DNA of 57,857 nucleotides, the filler included, from Sluysia triapertura (taxonomy: Eukaryota), in assembly GCA_046118255.1 (NCBI GenBank). It is 4 parts of 4 records of this genome, joined end to end, with 100 filler letters (N's around TTAATTAATTAA, not from the genome) between each part and the next. Parts side by side here need not be neighbours in the genome. Positions count along the whole stretch, not along the records: positions 1 to 17,024 come from JBJNIA010193604.1; 3 more parts are not named here. The stretch is one strand, 5' to 3'. The notes below the pieces were generated by a model. That model was not told the DNA's origin, did no database searches, and saw nothing but the letters and a program-made list of their open reading frames with translations. Made by a program: the position numbers and the translations under genes. Positions 1-12,959 of the stretch are shown here, in pieces (the first letter of the stretch is position 1; every line of letters begins with the position of its first letter).

Positions 1-656
1 AATAAAGAAAGCCACGTGGCCAGAATGAAGAATTTTGTGAATAGACACTAATATAATAAAAATTCAATAAAAAGTACGATGAAAGGTAGTGCAATAGTGC
101 TGATGGAGTGGCAATAGGCATTACATTTTAACGAAGTATTACTGAAATGATTTTGATAAAAAGGTTTTATTATGTGCTTATAATCTATCTGAGATAAGAT
201 GTGATACTGCGGATGTTGTAAGTGTGTTTTATTTGGATGTAGCATTTGTTCGTAATGAGTTTGTGTAAGTAAAGGTGGTAGTGAATGAAATATGTGATAT
301 ATGTTGTAGTGTGACACTACAATGTACCATTAAACAAAATTCGTAAAATAATTTATTATCAATAAAAATCTTTACTGAATATTGAAAATCACTAAAACGA
401 CAAAAATAACAAAAGCGTTTATAATAAAATCAAAGATATTGCAATCTAATTAAGACAAAACAACCAGGAGTGACTCAAGAGACACTAAGAATAACAACAT
501 ATATAAAAATTAATAGTAATTATGTTATTTATGTATTTTAGGTCAATGTAACAAAGAGTGATCACGATTACAATAAAATCCTTTGGTAATAATAACTTTA
601 AAGAAAAACTTAACATTAATTTCTAAAGATAAAACACTTAGTATTTTGATAAATTA

Positions 657-920
657 AATTGCGTAGGGATTGTACTCTGAAATTATCTTTAAAATATCTA
701 AAAATCAAATATTATCGTTAACAAAAATTGCGTGCGGATTTTCCTCTAAAAGTATCTTGAAAATATCTAAAAATGAAATATTATCGTTAACAAAAATTAC
801 TTGGGGCGTTTCCCACAAAACTATTTTAGAAGTAACAAAAAATCAAACTTTAAAAATTTACAACAATTATGTAGGGTATTTCTCACAAAACTATTTTAAT
901 AATAACTAAAAAATCAAATT
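657..920. repeat. Minisatellite, ~4 degenerate copies of a 69-70 bp unit
   Basis: Units begin near 657, 726, 795 and 865 (aattgcgt/aattactt/aattatgt...aaaaatcaaat). ORF 670..909 shows the matching 23-aa periodicity. Confidence 0.85.
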
Positions 921-1002
921 AATAGCTTATATTAAATAAAAATATAATGTATTATTACTTATCTTATTTTAATATAATAATGAAAAATGTGTTAAGCTTC
1001 TT

Positions 1003-1846
1003 ATTCTCAAATGAACGATTTTACAAACACTTCGAACTCACATACAGATTCTCCTCTTCCATAGCAATCGTCTCGTATTCCATTCATCGCATTTGCATTA
1101 CTCTAAGTATCAGAAATTCAACATTCCATAATTAAAAATTAACTAAAAACTTGACTTTGCTAATATTGAGGCTTTCCTTGCATGAACTTGGTCAAACCAT
1201 ACCTTCATGGAAAAGTCTTTTCAAAACAAATGCATACACGTATTATGCCTCATCCAAAAGTTATTTATAAAAACATACTTTTTCTTAATTAAGTTAATTA
1301 AGATTTTTAATTAATTAATATACTCTTAGACTTAATCTTATTCTATGTTTAAAGGTTTTATTAAGGTTCTAAAGTTTTTTAGTAGTTTATAAGGCAATCA
1401 GGAGGCTCTAGATGTTTTCACCTTCACTTCTCTTATTCATTTTTCTACTTCTTTATTATCATGAACAATGATTTTATTTCTCAAATATTTTAAAAATTTT
1501 ATACACTTTATAATATTACTCGAAGATCTTAGACGCTTATCAAGGTTTCAAGAATACTTAAAGGTTAATAAGGTCTTAAATGATCTAAAGGTTCTAAAGT
1601 TCCAAAGGTACCTTAATGCTTCTAAAGGTTTTTTCAAGTTGATTTCAAGCTTTCACGAGGTCTCAAACCCTTATATAGGTCTTGGAGCCTTAAGACATTT
1701 TTTAGCTGTTAAGATTATTATAAATGTTTTCTCTTTCATGATTCTTATTTCAACATATTCAATCCATCACTTTTATCAGTTTTCCCTCATTTTATGATTT
1801 TATATGTTTTCATTCATCTCCAGATCCAGAGTTGGGAAATCCCAAC
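1003..1846 (+). repeat. Dispersed non-coding repeat family A, copy 1 (~850 bp)
   Basis: Collinear similarity by eye to 49290-50147 (+), 20447-21322 (-) and 51711-52496 (-). Shared blocks include agattctcctctt, ttgactttgct, ttaattaagttaattaa, ggaggctctaga, tctcaaacccttata and cagatcc. Confidence 0.9.
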
Positions 1847-2832
1847 ATATCTCATTCCTAAAGAAAATGTCTGACCTCAGACATCAAAATTATTCCAAAT
1901 AAATGACCAGAACACCCTATAGACGTCATCATACTATATAATTCATAATCAGAAAATTATGCATAATAGTAACATCTTGTCCAGTAATAACCTAAATAAA
2001 ATGCATTTTTTTATTATATTGGTCATTCAAATTGTTTTCCCATTTTGTACTATCTTTTAGGTAAAGTTAAGTTATTTATGAATTGGTCGCATCAAAAGGC
2101 ATTATATACAAGATTAAAAATATAGTTAGAAGTTGATCATCAGCAAAACCCACGGTCTATAATATGAATGGAAATCCCAAGATCACACTTATATCTACGA
2201 CTTTATGTACATCTATCGCGACCAAAGATTGTCTACACAGATCTAGAAAGAATTGAAGGAAAATTATCCCGCCAACAAATTCAGAATTATTATACAAAAA
2301 GTAAAAAAGTTACATCTCAAAATTAATCTTCAAATAATTTAAAAAATTAATAATTCCATAAAAACAATCATAAATTATAAAATAATCAACAATTATAATA
2401 ATTTATTTATTAAAATTTTAGTTTAAAGAAAAATAACTATAAATTATAAGATAATTATAAATTATAAAGATTTATTTATTAAATTTTTAATTTTGTTTAA
2501 GTTTACTAAATTTAATTATAAATATTTTACATATTTTTTATATTAAAACATAATTTTTTAAGTTTTGAAATCTTCTCACCGTAAAAAGGGAGAAATAAAA
2601 TCCTACTTAAATTCATTTTTTAATTTTGCTTATACCGTAATACGGATAATTCAAACTCTATTCAAAATATTTAAACTAAATTCTTCGAATTTAAGTTACT
2701 AAATTTATTATCATTATTATATATTAAACACCGTGTTGTTAGATATTTGTTTTCTGTTCGTTTGATAAATAAAACTTTTGAGTCACTAAAATTGTCTTGT
2801 ATTATTATTAAAGATCAAAATCATTGTCAAAC

Positions 2833-2960
2833 GCTAGACCGTAATAAGGCTAGCTTAATATTATAAAATCTTATTTAAAGTTTTCAACAATTAGACCGTA
2901 ATCGACTAATTTAATATATTTTTTCATCACGTTAGACCATAAAAAGGCTAACTAAAAATC
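2833..2960. repeat. Three degenerate ~28-bp direct repeats (tagaccgtaat...ctaa)
   Basis: tagaccgtaataaggctagcttaat, tagaccgtaatcgactaatttaat, tagaccataaaaaggctaactaaa. Confidence 0.6.
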
Positions 2961-3059
2961 ATTTAAATTTGTTATAATTAAAAGCATCAGAACAAGCCAA
3001 AAATCTTCGTAGGCACTCCTTATTAATGATAGGTGACTCTTTCTTAGTCGATTTTCTCT

Positions 3060-3340
3060 CAGTAAATCCTAACAGGCCGCCGTCGTTCAGACTTACGTCG
3101 TTTTCTGTTAGGCGAACTCTCTCCAGGTTACATTTGCATCGAAGTTAGGTGAAAACCATCTTTGCAGATGAAAGTGTCTTGTTTAATATGTGTACGTAAA
3201 CTGTCAGAGTATACAATTAAATGCTTCGTATTGGAAGATGTAATAGAAGAAGTATGTGAACCTACTGTTTGTGTCTTGAAAATATTTGGTACCTTCAAAA
3301 CATTTTTATTATTCCGTAATATTTGAATGTCAATATACAC
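3060..3340 (-). pseudogene. Possible LINE ORF1 SGNH/esterase-like relic
   Basis: ORF 3128..3340 ends FICKDGFHLT (a DGxH motif as in CR1/L2 ORF1 esterases), followed after a stop by a basic tract (RKRRKSERRR). Single-motif support only. Confidence 0.3.
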
Positions 3341-3545
3341 CGTCTTCGATTATTTGTCTTTTTACTGTTATAATTGTAATCTATGTTTCGACTCTTATTT
3401 GATTAATAATTATTTAATTCATTCTTGCTCTAATGATTTAATACGGACCTTAAGTCTTTTTTCATAATTCGAATTTAAATTTAATTTCAAATTGCCTTAA
3501 AATTTATTTTCGATATTTGTTACCATTACGCCCACGGCCATTATA

Positions 3546-3707
3546 CCAGTTACCAGAGAATGTCAAATTACTGGAAGATTATGAAATATTTAAGAAAAGA
3601 CAAAGATCTTTCTGCTTCAGAAATACTATGGTGAATGATTTACCTTTTGAATACTTACGCAGTAAATATGAGCGCACTATAAATTAATATATTATTATTA
3701 TTATTAA

Positions 3708-3755
<48 letters not shown>
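3546..3755 (+). mobile_element. 3' end of a CR1/L2-like LINE (family B) with (TAT)n tail
   Basis: Closely matches 34979-35160 (ccagttacc...atggtgaatgatttacctt...tacttacgcagtaRatatgagcgca) and runs into a (TAT)n tract. Confidence 0.7.
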
Positions 3756-5691
3756 CATTTTATAATAATTTCTTTAAAAAAATTAAAAATAGCTAAAATA
3801 ATTTCAAAATAAAGCAATGATTTGCGAAATTACATAAAGTACTAATTAATAAAATTAATATGAGGACTTCAGTTACGTTATTCTTTGTAGTCTAGATTGT
3901 TAATCTTTATAAAATGTTGGTCTTCTTTTGAAGATTTGTACACATTTCTACCATCTACAACCATGCCACTGAATCGTATTTAAATTAATAAGCGATTGTT
4001 AGAATTGTACCACGCCGTAAAACTATCCTTTCCTGATATAATGCTAGCAGTTTTATGCTTACATTTCTCGTATGAAACACGTTGTAGTTATTACACATAT
4101 TTTACATAATCATATTTTTAATCTTTATGGTAATTTATTACATGTGTATTTACCATCCGTTACATTGAGTGGTGCATATGTATGCCACTAGTACTAAGGA
4201 AAAATAAAACAATTTATTTTTACATTTATTTGTTATAATTTTTAGCATCAATTCTATTTGTTTTAGAATAAAATAACATTACGCATCTAAATTTAAACTG
4301 ATAGCGGCGATATATGAATACCGCGATATTTGAATATAATTTTACAAAAAGTTATCCGCAATTCAATTAAAGTAATTATTTTGTAAAGCGTATTTGGTTT
4401 ACTGTGAAAAAAGTAACAAAACAGATAAAATGATGCATATTTTAGTACGAAAAGCGACTGCATATTGTTACGTGAAGATAATTCTCTGCCCGGAATGTTT
4501 TTTAAAGTGGCATATACTTTAAATGGATTGGACGTAACCGAGAAATTTGGTATAAAGTTGTTAAAGAGTCATTAGTAGAGATGTTCAATAAATCTAGAAA
4601 AAAAGTTAATATAAATTACATCATTAATATATATATCCAGTAAAAGTTATGGATTTTGATAGTAGCTGAAAGAGAAATTGTTAAATTTAAAATTTATTTT
4701 AGATATCTTGTAATTCAACACATTTAGTCCTTAAACCGCGAAGTTCGTATTACGAATAAACTGCGGATGTTAGATTAAACATCGGTTAAAAGTTTAAATT
4801 TGACCCTGAACTAAAACCTAGATCACCATCTGTCGTCGAAAATGCATTGTTGAATAGTTGAAGACTAAAGAAAACTTATTTCAGAAAGTTAAAAGATATT
4901 GTTAAAACTTATCGAAATATGAAAAATGATATTATGTTTTATCATTTGATATGCAATGAAACCTTAGGAATTGATGGGGTGCATAAAATAAATGGTTTTG
5001 TAAATAAAATAAATAAATACACAATTTGAAAATAACGAATGAATTGAATAAAATAAATAATTTCAATGCAAATCACGACATATTATATAAGTAACTTGAA
5101 TACACAAATACTTAAGAAGACAACTGATACTAATTAATGATGCCATGAATATCTATTTTCTGCCAAGCTCTACATATCACGTTTCCATCTCTGGTGGCTC
5201 ACTCCGTGATGCAAGATTTTATTACCTTAACATCAACTAATTATGCCATAGCTCACAAAAAATGTAACGAAATCTCTAATTTTAATCATTTTAAATTACA
5301 ATTTAATTCATCAAATTCATTTTGTAATCACATGCTTTTAGATCATCATATATTCAGCAATCTTTGATCACAAAGGTATTCATTAAAGTTTTTAAAGTTT
5401 ATATTAAACCAAATTATGCAAAAGATCATTCTTTATCTGAGATGCGCCACATTTCATAAATCATTAAGCTGTTCAACATGAATCTATAATTCTAACTATC
5501 ACGGCTTTAGAACTTCTAATTTTGTTAAGTACTCAAAAATCCTTGATATGAAACTATTCATTAGAAAATCGCCATTACAAAGAACTTTATAGTCGGCTTA
5601 AATATTTTTATTATAACCAAATTCAACTATGTTAAAAGATGTAAATTCAATTAGTAAAATCACTAAACATTTATTTTTTAAATTTTATAAC

Positions 5692-5740
<49 letters not shown>
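5692..5740. repeat. (AAT)n microsatellite
   Basis: Perfect trinucleotide run. Confidence 0.95.
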
Positions 5741-5742
<2 letters not shown>

Positions 5743-6279
5743 CCGTCAAAAATCATTGTCATAAATATTGCCAAAATCTAGACACTAATTTTTGTGCTGC
5801 CAAACCAATGACATATGACTTGGCTACATTAGCTACCATTTAATTGGAGCAATCTTATTAAATTTTTTCATTATTATGCTTATTCTAAAAATAAATACAT
5901 TTTTTGGTATATGACAGTTAAAAATTGTTTCTGAGTTCTGAATATTTATTTTTATTTTCTTATAAAATATGCATGATTTGAATGATTTAGTGCCATTAAG
6001 AGCTAAAGAGATGTTTACTAACTGTGATGTTGATCGAAACTATTACATGCTACAAGAAGCTATTTTGTTTAAACTTTTTATTAAACATTTTATAATTTAT
6101 TCATATTATTTAGTCTATTTTATTTATTTATTCTATTTATTTTTCATCCATATATCACAATTCATAATTGTGTTCATTATTTTTTTGTTGTAAAAATTGA
6201 ATCATTGTGCTTATTATCAAATGATAATGAAATAAATTTAAAATGTCAACGAATACTAATTTCAGTCTATAATAAATTA

Positions 6280-7130
6280 AAGTTTGGAATAGTAATTGAA
6301 ATAAATTCTCTCACACTTACCTCAAATCGACTTTAAGGTTAAAATAAACATACTAGAATAAATTTACTCAGAAGTGACTTCTATGACGATGGAGTAAATA
6401 CTAACAAATGTCCCTTGAATTAAAATTTAATGTCTGATGTTATTAAAATTAAATTAAATTTTTATTGTAATGATTTGACCAAAAGTAAATTCTTGAATAT
6501 TTTTAATTAGAATAGTTTTTTTCCATCAAACTATCAATGATTATCTTAACTTTTACCAAGTATATTTTCACAAATAAATCTTCAAATCAAGTAACATTAA
6601 AGTTCACTTTATAAGTACAATGACATCAGTCTTATGAATTTTTTAAGTTACATAAATGACTCCTTTACGGGTTCAATAAAATCCACTAAGTTTAATTTCA
6701 GTTCATTTGAAATAGTAACATCGACTTTAATATATCTTTCCAACGCATCGGTTATAATTTCCAAATGTTATAATCACTATTCTTTGTCATTTCGCTTAGG
6801 ATTCTCTCACATCTTTGAATTAAAAGATTACATAAACTACCAATGAAAGGAAGAAAAGACTTCACAATAATGATGGTAATTTATAAACGTTTATGTTATG
6901 GAAGTCTTGATTATTTCTTAAAAATACAGAAACTAAACAAATATTTGTACAGAGTATGCATGGATAATAACAGAGCGATAAACTATATATTGTTTGTTTC
7001 AAATATTTACAACCAATTACCAAGGAATATTATAAAATATTTATAAAGAAAACAAAATTCTTTCTATTTCAGAAATATCAACATTAATAATGTATTTTAC
7101 GCGCATTTGAGTACTTCTTTAAAGTAGATG
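6280..7130 (+). mobile_element. Decayed CR1/L2-like LINE RT and C-terminal region (family B)
   Basis: FLSYINDS (~6640) resembles the RT motif LFxIYINDL. ORF 6843..7046 (GRKDFTIMMVIYK...NIYNQLPRNII) resembles the CR1/L2 C-terminus RR...YK...wNxLP. gcgcatttgagtactt...gtagat matches the family B 3' UTR. Confidence 0.55.
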
Positions 7131-7266
7131 TTAGATTTTCTTATTATTAAATTTTCTAACCATAAAATAAATCCAACCTATCATACCACAAGTTAAATTA
7201 ATTTTATTCGTCATTAAATAAATTTATAAAGAATATATTTCAAATAAGTATAACAATTCGTCTAAC

Positions 7267-7402
7267 TTTTAACTGCTTTAAGTATCCATCTCCACCTGTA
7301 CCCATAGTTCGACCCCATCCAGTAACATAACAATTTCCATTGGAATTCATGAACGGTTCAACACTAGTGGCTACACAAACTGGTTGCACGTAATTATTAA
7401 AT
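7267..7402 (-). CDS. Internal exon of a trypsin-like serine protease (peptidase S1)
   Basis: tttcag acceptor and GTTAG donor. Reads FNNYVQPVCVATSVEPFMNSNGNCYVTGWGRTMGTGGDGYLKQLK, carrying the vQPvC and CxVtGWG S1 motifs. No catalytic His/Ser exons found. Confidence 0.9.
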
Positions 7403-7699
7403 CTGAAATAAATATTATTAAATCGTAAGGTTTATATTGGAATTAATTCTTATTGAAAACTTAATTGGTGATTGTAATGTAATAAAATTACATTGGAACA
7501 AAATGTGAAATTTTTACAAATTAATCAAATTATTATTAGAATAGTATGTTTGTAATACGTTCATGAGATAAATTTTATAATTAAAAATAAAATAATGATA
7601 ATCCAAAATAATTTATAAATTAAAATAAAACTTTTTTAATTAAAATTGAAAAGAAAAGGCTTAAAAGTTTTAGAATTCTCGATGGTTCAAAGAAACAGT

Positions 7700-9520
7700 T
7701 TAGAATAAGGTTTCCAATGCCGGACCAAAAATTCAATACCGGTATTCAGTATTTCTAAAATTCAATACCGGTTTTAATATCGGTATTAGATATTATAAAA
7801 AAAATCCAAGCCTTACTGGGTTTTGTTGTTTAATTTGTTGATTTTTAATGAAAAATAAAATGTTACTTTAAATCAAATTTCTTTAAATCACGAAAAATTG
7901 TTATACATTCGTTGCAATTATTGCATATTTTTAAAATGCGATCTTAGGAAACACAACGCATCAACTGTATTGTCATTAAGCTTGGAGCGTAGTTTAGTGA
8001 AAAATTACCAGCAGTCGAAAAAGCTCTTTCAGCTTCTACATTAGTTAGAGGAATGGTTAACAATGCACGGTATACCTTTTCTAAATATTTACCCCTAAAC
8101 CCATCATGTAAAGACAAGACTACTTCTCTCTGGATGGTTGTCGATATATCTGATCTAGGAATTGCAGTTGGACTTGTATGTATTTTGTTAATAATCGCTA
8201 ATTCTAATCTTTCCTTAAGCGTAAGTTTCTTTTCATCATCATCTTTGCTGTCATTCTCGTTCTCTAAACCTTTATCGATTTCTTCTGAATGACTAGAAGT
8301 ATGTGGATAAATTTTTCAATGAAATTTACTAAAAAATTTATTAAGTTTGAGGTTTTAAATATTTTTTATTTAAATATTTTAAATATCTTTTTCATTTTTG
8401 TAATTATTTTAATTGTATACATTCAGTAAAATATTTTCTATTTCAGTGTGCTTTTCTTTCCGATTTTTTAAAGCAATACATAATTCATACGATAGTTGTA
8501 TATGTTGTTCCCTTAGTGATTGTAACGTAAAATTAATTGTCGCATTTGCTATCAATAGATTGGAATCCCTAAGGCATAATACCTCCACAGCTAGTAAAGC
8601 GGAAACAGTTTTAGATATTAAGTCAAATTCACCTTCGGAAAAATCAATAGGCCAGTTCAAATCAATAATTGTTTTTTTAATTCGATTTTTTAGTTGCAAA
8701 ACCCGTTCCATCATTATAAGTAAACTATTCTAACGTGTTTTAGAATCTAATGACAACATATACTCTGTCTGTTTTCTGTAAGTACGAATTTCTGTATCAG
8801 TGCATTTTTAGTGGGGGAACGTTTAAATATTTTGACGATTTTTCGAATTTTATCAATTACGTCATGCAAATCTTGATTACATGACAGTTCTTCTCCGTAG
8901 AAAATTTCTGGTTCAAAACTAACATCAAAATCGCATTCACTTTCTTCAAAGTAAGAATTCGAGAATTCTATGTCCAGAATATTTACGTTATTATTTTTCG
9001 TGTTTTTTCGATATAATACATCTAACACTGCAAGTTGGATCCCGTGAGCATAACACAATTGTTGATTTGCTCCAATCAACTTTCCAACCTTTTTCATCAC
9101 TGTTGCTCCATCTGTAGTTATGGAAACAATGTCTTCATTCAAAGATAATCCATGGTGTGCTAGTTTGGATATGGGAACTTCAATACAGCTTTCGCCTGAC
9201 ATACTTCCTGAAATATGTGTAAGTCCAATATAAAAGTGGTAAAAGAGATTCTCAAGAAAAACATTTACAACACTGGCTAGAAAGTCAGGACTACTCAGAG
9301 TCAAAGTATCATTGAAAAATGTCAAAAAATACCATCCGTAATTCATTTCAAGAATATATTTCTGCAATTATTAAAACTTTAGAAATAAGCACAAGTATGT
9401 TCAAAAGCACAAAGTATACACATTACAAGATTAACTCTATTCCTAAAATTTTAGTTATATTTAAAGGTGGTACATTTTCAATTGCCAAAATGTCAGAAAA
9501 TATAGTTAGGAAGACGTTTA
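7700..9520 (-). mobile_element. Degenerate hAT DNA transposon (transposase pseudogene)
   Basis: SITTDGATVMKK, CYAHGIQLAV (CxxH), KTR*NS (TRWNS), and the dimerisation motif LLTIPLTNVEAERAFSTAG...LRSKLNDNTVDALCFL, with frameshifts. aataccgg subterminal repeats at 7735-7790. Confidence 0.9.
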
Positions 9521-12233
9521 TTTGAAATTTTCAGATTATGTATGCTCTCTATTCAAACGTTACGTTGTTTTTATTGATTTATTTGAAAATTTAATTTAAA
9601 CTTTAAATTATACACTATACTATGTAGATATACTTTACAATATACAAATTTTGAAATTTTTAATTCACGTTTGAGTTTCAATAAAGATCATATCTTGAAA
9701 GGTGTAAAATGTAATTTTTAAAAATTTAATTAAGATGTCGAGTTGTCTAAAAAAATCATGATGCATTATTCAAAAGTTTGTATGCTAAAGGTCATGAAAT
9801 ATATAAATTTTTCAAAGAATATTGTGAGAAGTGTATACACATGAAACTTGATAAGTATTATTTCAATGAACAGATACTATTTGTAAGTCTCAACATTGTG
9901 AATCACATATCTTTCGGTGGAATTAAATCATTATCTTTATAAGACTTTTCGACAATCTTAAACACCCTAGTACTTCTTTGTCGTGTTATAACAGTATTGA
10001 CTTTTTCTCACAAATTAGTCTGACACCTCTTAAAACTGACTGCAGCAGTACTTTAAATAAAACAAAATAAAACAAAACAAGATATTTCCCATTAATGGTT
10101 TATTGGCGACTGCGGTAGTCAAAATGTTAAAATGTCTATCATTGTTAAAGAAATGCCTCGCACAATTCCATTGTGGTGGTTCAGCCGATCACAACGTGTA
10201 CTTTATATAAATAACAATCAACTACACGAAAACCTTATCACAAAAAAGACATTACCATATGTCTCACTTACATCATTCCATACATTACTGTACTCACCAC
10301 ACTTTCAACATTATATTTCAATTATAAACTTATAATTATCTCCAAGTTTTACAGTAAAGATAATACCCACGGTTATGCCATCATCATTATAGCAGCACAG
10401 CTTTTTCATATGTTGTAATTTTATATTTTTATGTTTATATTTTTTATTTTTTGTTTAAGTGTAAAAAATTGGTCGACTTATGTTTTACCGACATTATCAG
10501 TTGGGATATTGATGATGTCATGAAAACTGTATCTTTTGATCATACTAGATCGCCTATTGGTTCAGACCCAGATATGGTGATGAAACGATAGTCTAAAATC
10601 AAGACTATTAGTTTAGATATTGTTAATTATATAAATTTTATAATTGTTGTTGACACGAAATCACCTACTGGTACAGATCCAGATGCGGTGATGAACCTAT
10701 CGTTTGAAATTGAAATTATGTTATACAAACGTACTACGAAATATTGTTTGAATCTTTTTACTATAATGAATATTTTAAATATTGTAAAATATGTTAACAA
10801 AGCTTATTTGTCTAAAATCACTTCATACATCGTAAAACTTTCACGCACCAGGACCTAGATTAAAAAACACGTACCATATAAATCGAGACATACTACTCAA
10901 ATGTCATGGTCTACTACGTCAACCATAAAGATTATGTTGCGTTGGTCTGCTGTTCAAATATGCAGTAGTACGCATAATGTTTGCAACTCCACGTGAAGTT
11001 TTAGTGTCTTCTATGATTTTAAACTTCATTTTTAAATTGTACAACATTCATTACTTTCTACGAAAAAAATGAACGGTTGCCTCGTGACACCACGATTAGA
11101 GCGGAGGTCGTTGATGTTCGAACTCATCTACAAATTGGTCCTGGTGGTCACAGTCACCTTGGTCCACGATTCAAATCTCCATCATGTATTATGTCGTTGG
11201 TCTGATGTTGCTGTTTTAAGCTTAGACTTTTTGGAAAATCGGTCAAGGCGCCGTCCTGGCAAATGCAAGTGAAAAACATACATTTTTCGTGGTAAATATT
11301 TGCGTTAGTAGACTTATCGTAACAACTGAAACTTTCATTTTGTTTTCTTCGAAAGTGGGTTGTGAACAATATTATTTTTATGCGTTTGAGATAAATAAAG
11401 TCTTTTCATTATTTTTGTGATTATGATTTCAATACTGATAATGATAATAAATGTTCTTTGTGCATTAAGCACACAATTAATACTTTTTTTAGCGTGGATG
11501 ATAATCTGAGTTTTAATAATGAATTTCATAATATACAATTAAAAATAAAATACCATCATCCACAATATGCATCCACAATACTTTAAAGCTTCATATGGCT
11601 TGAAAATGCTCTATTTTTACACATTTATATGGAAAACCATATGAACTAACAATACTAAAATACCTCTATGTTAATTTTAAGTGGCATTTTAAACCATTGT
11701 CCTTTGAATTTCAGTCTAACAACCTTTCGAAATAATACTGCTCTGATAAAATTTTAATTTTCTTGATATAATGGTTTAGATGTTCGTAATCGTTTTGAAA
11801 TATTAAAGCATACCATTGGGATAATATATTTAGATGGTAAGATTCTAAATAAATTAGTACACCGATATACCAAAAAAACTCTAATATTTAAACAAAACGA
11901 AATAATTCAAAATTAAAATATATGCAATATTTTTCTGATCTTTAAAATGAAATATAAACGAATTTTAAAGTTAGATTATAGGACTTGAGAATCAACAAAT
12001 TTTTAGTAAACAACCCATTTCATAAAGATATCGAATCTTTATATAACACACTAAGTAATTCAAAAAACAATAATTTCGATTGTTTGACATCAATATACCA
12101 TTTAATTTGTAATTGATTTAGAGATCATATAAAATTAATAAGGATGATTATGCCAAAATATATAGAAATATTATATCCTTAAAAGGAAAAACCAGGGTAT
12201 TCACATAAATTAAGAATCAAAATTTTAAATAAC

Positions 12234-12338
12234 CAACGTCAGAATTATAAACGCCACTTTTACGTGCTGCTTCCATTCTGTTACGCAATCTCCATAGTTT
12301 TAATATGTCCTCATTGTTATTACATGGAGCATCATTTC
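12234..12338 (-). CDS. Exon with a PROSER3-like DILxxWRLRxxMExAR motif
   Basis: tttag acceptor and GTTAT donor; 105-bp phase 1-1 exon reading NDAPCNNNEDILKLWRLRNRMEAARKSGVYNSDV. Resembles a PROSER3 motif recalled from memory (DDILYQWRxRRKLEQA); unverified. Confidence 0.45.
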
Positions 12339-12759
12339 CTAAATTAGATAAGATAAATTAATTTCATTTAATAAAGGACCGAAGTCCCACACTCAAAAAT
12401 TATGTGTTCAACATGTTCAATTAGAACATGTGCAGAAACAAGTTAATTCGTTGTGCAATGATTAATTTAATTTCTGGTATACGTGCCTTTTTGATCACAC
12501 GTAATACAACACCAAGTAAGTTTAAAAAATTAAATATATAGTAAAATATAAGTTTCAATAAAATATAGTTCTCAATAATTATATTATCAAATAAAAGTTT
12601 TTCCCAAACAATCTATAGTGAGTTAAAATCCAAAACATTCAGCTTACAAACAACATACATTTAAACATTCTTAGTATATGGAATACATATCTAATCAGTT
12701 CTTGTAACAATTAAAAACATTCTGAAAATGTAATTTAAATCATAAATTATGTAATGATT

Positions 12760-12940
12760 TTTATGTTATGCAATTTTATGTAATGTTTTAATTTATAAGC
12801 ATCAACATACTCCAAGACCATCTTTTCATTTCTGACTTTACCACTGAATCTCTTTTCCATGGTTCTCCTGCTCATAACGCCTTCATCGACATTAATGGTG
12901 TAGCTACATCGACAAAACTCTTCTTTGTCATAAATCTGAA
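12760..12940 (-). mobile_element. Merlin/ISXO2-like transposase fragment
   Basis: INVDEGVMSRRTMEKRFSGKVRNEKMVLEYVD resembles the vEiDEs..krK..rGr...wV.G.vd motif. Confidence 0.4.
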
Positions 12941-12959
12941 TAAACACTGAATAAACACT

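Noticed and set aside
1468-1797. 109-aa ORF, and the similar ORF at 51638..51829
   Set aside because: Lie within repeat family A; the frame is not conserved between copies.
657-2960. CRISPR-like reading of the short repeats at 657-920 and 2833-2960
   Set aside because: Degenerate units without regular unique spacers, eukaryotic context, and no cas genes.
3020-3065. LMIGDSFL (GDSL motif) on the + strand
   Set aside because: Opposite strand to the DGFH motif and unsupported by other motifs; likely chance.
10095-10130. FIGDCGSQN, resembling a DNCxxQNK transposase motif
   Set aside because: Too short, with no supporting context.
11130-11190. Collagen-like GPR*L*PPGP on the minus strand
   Set aside because: Gly-X-Y register is broken, contains stops, and is very short.
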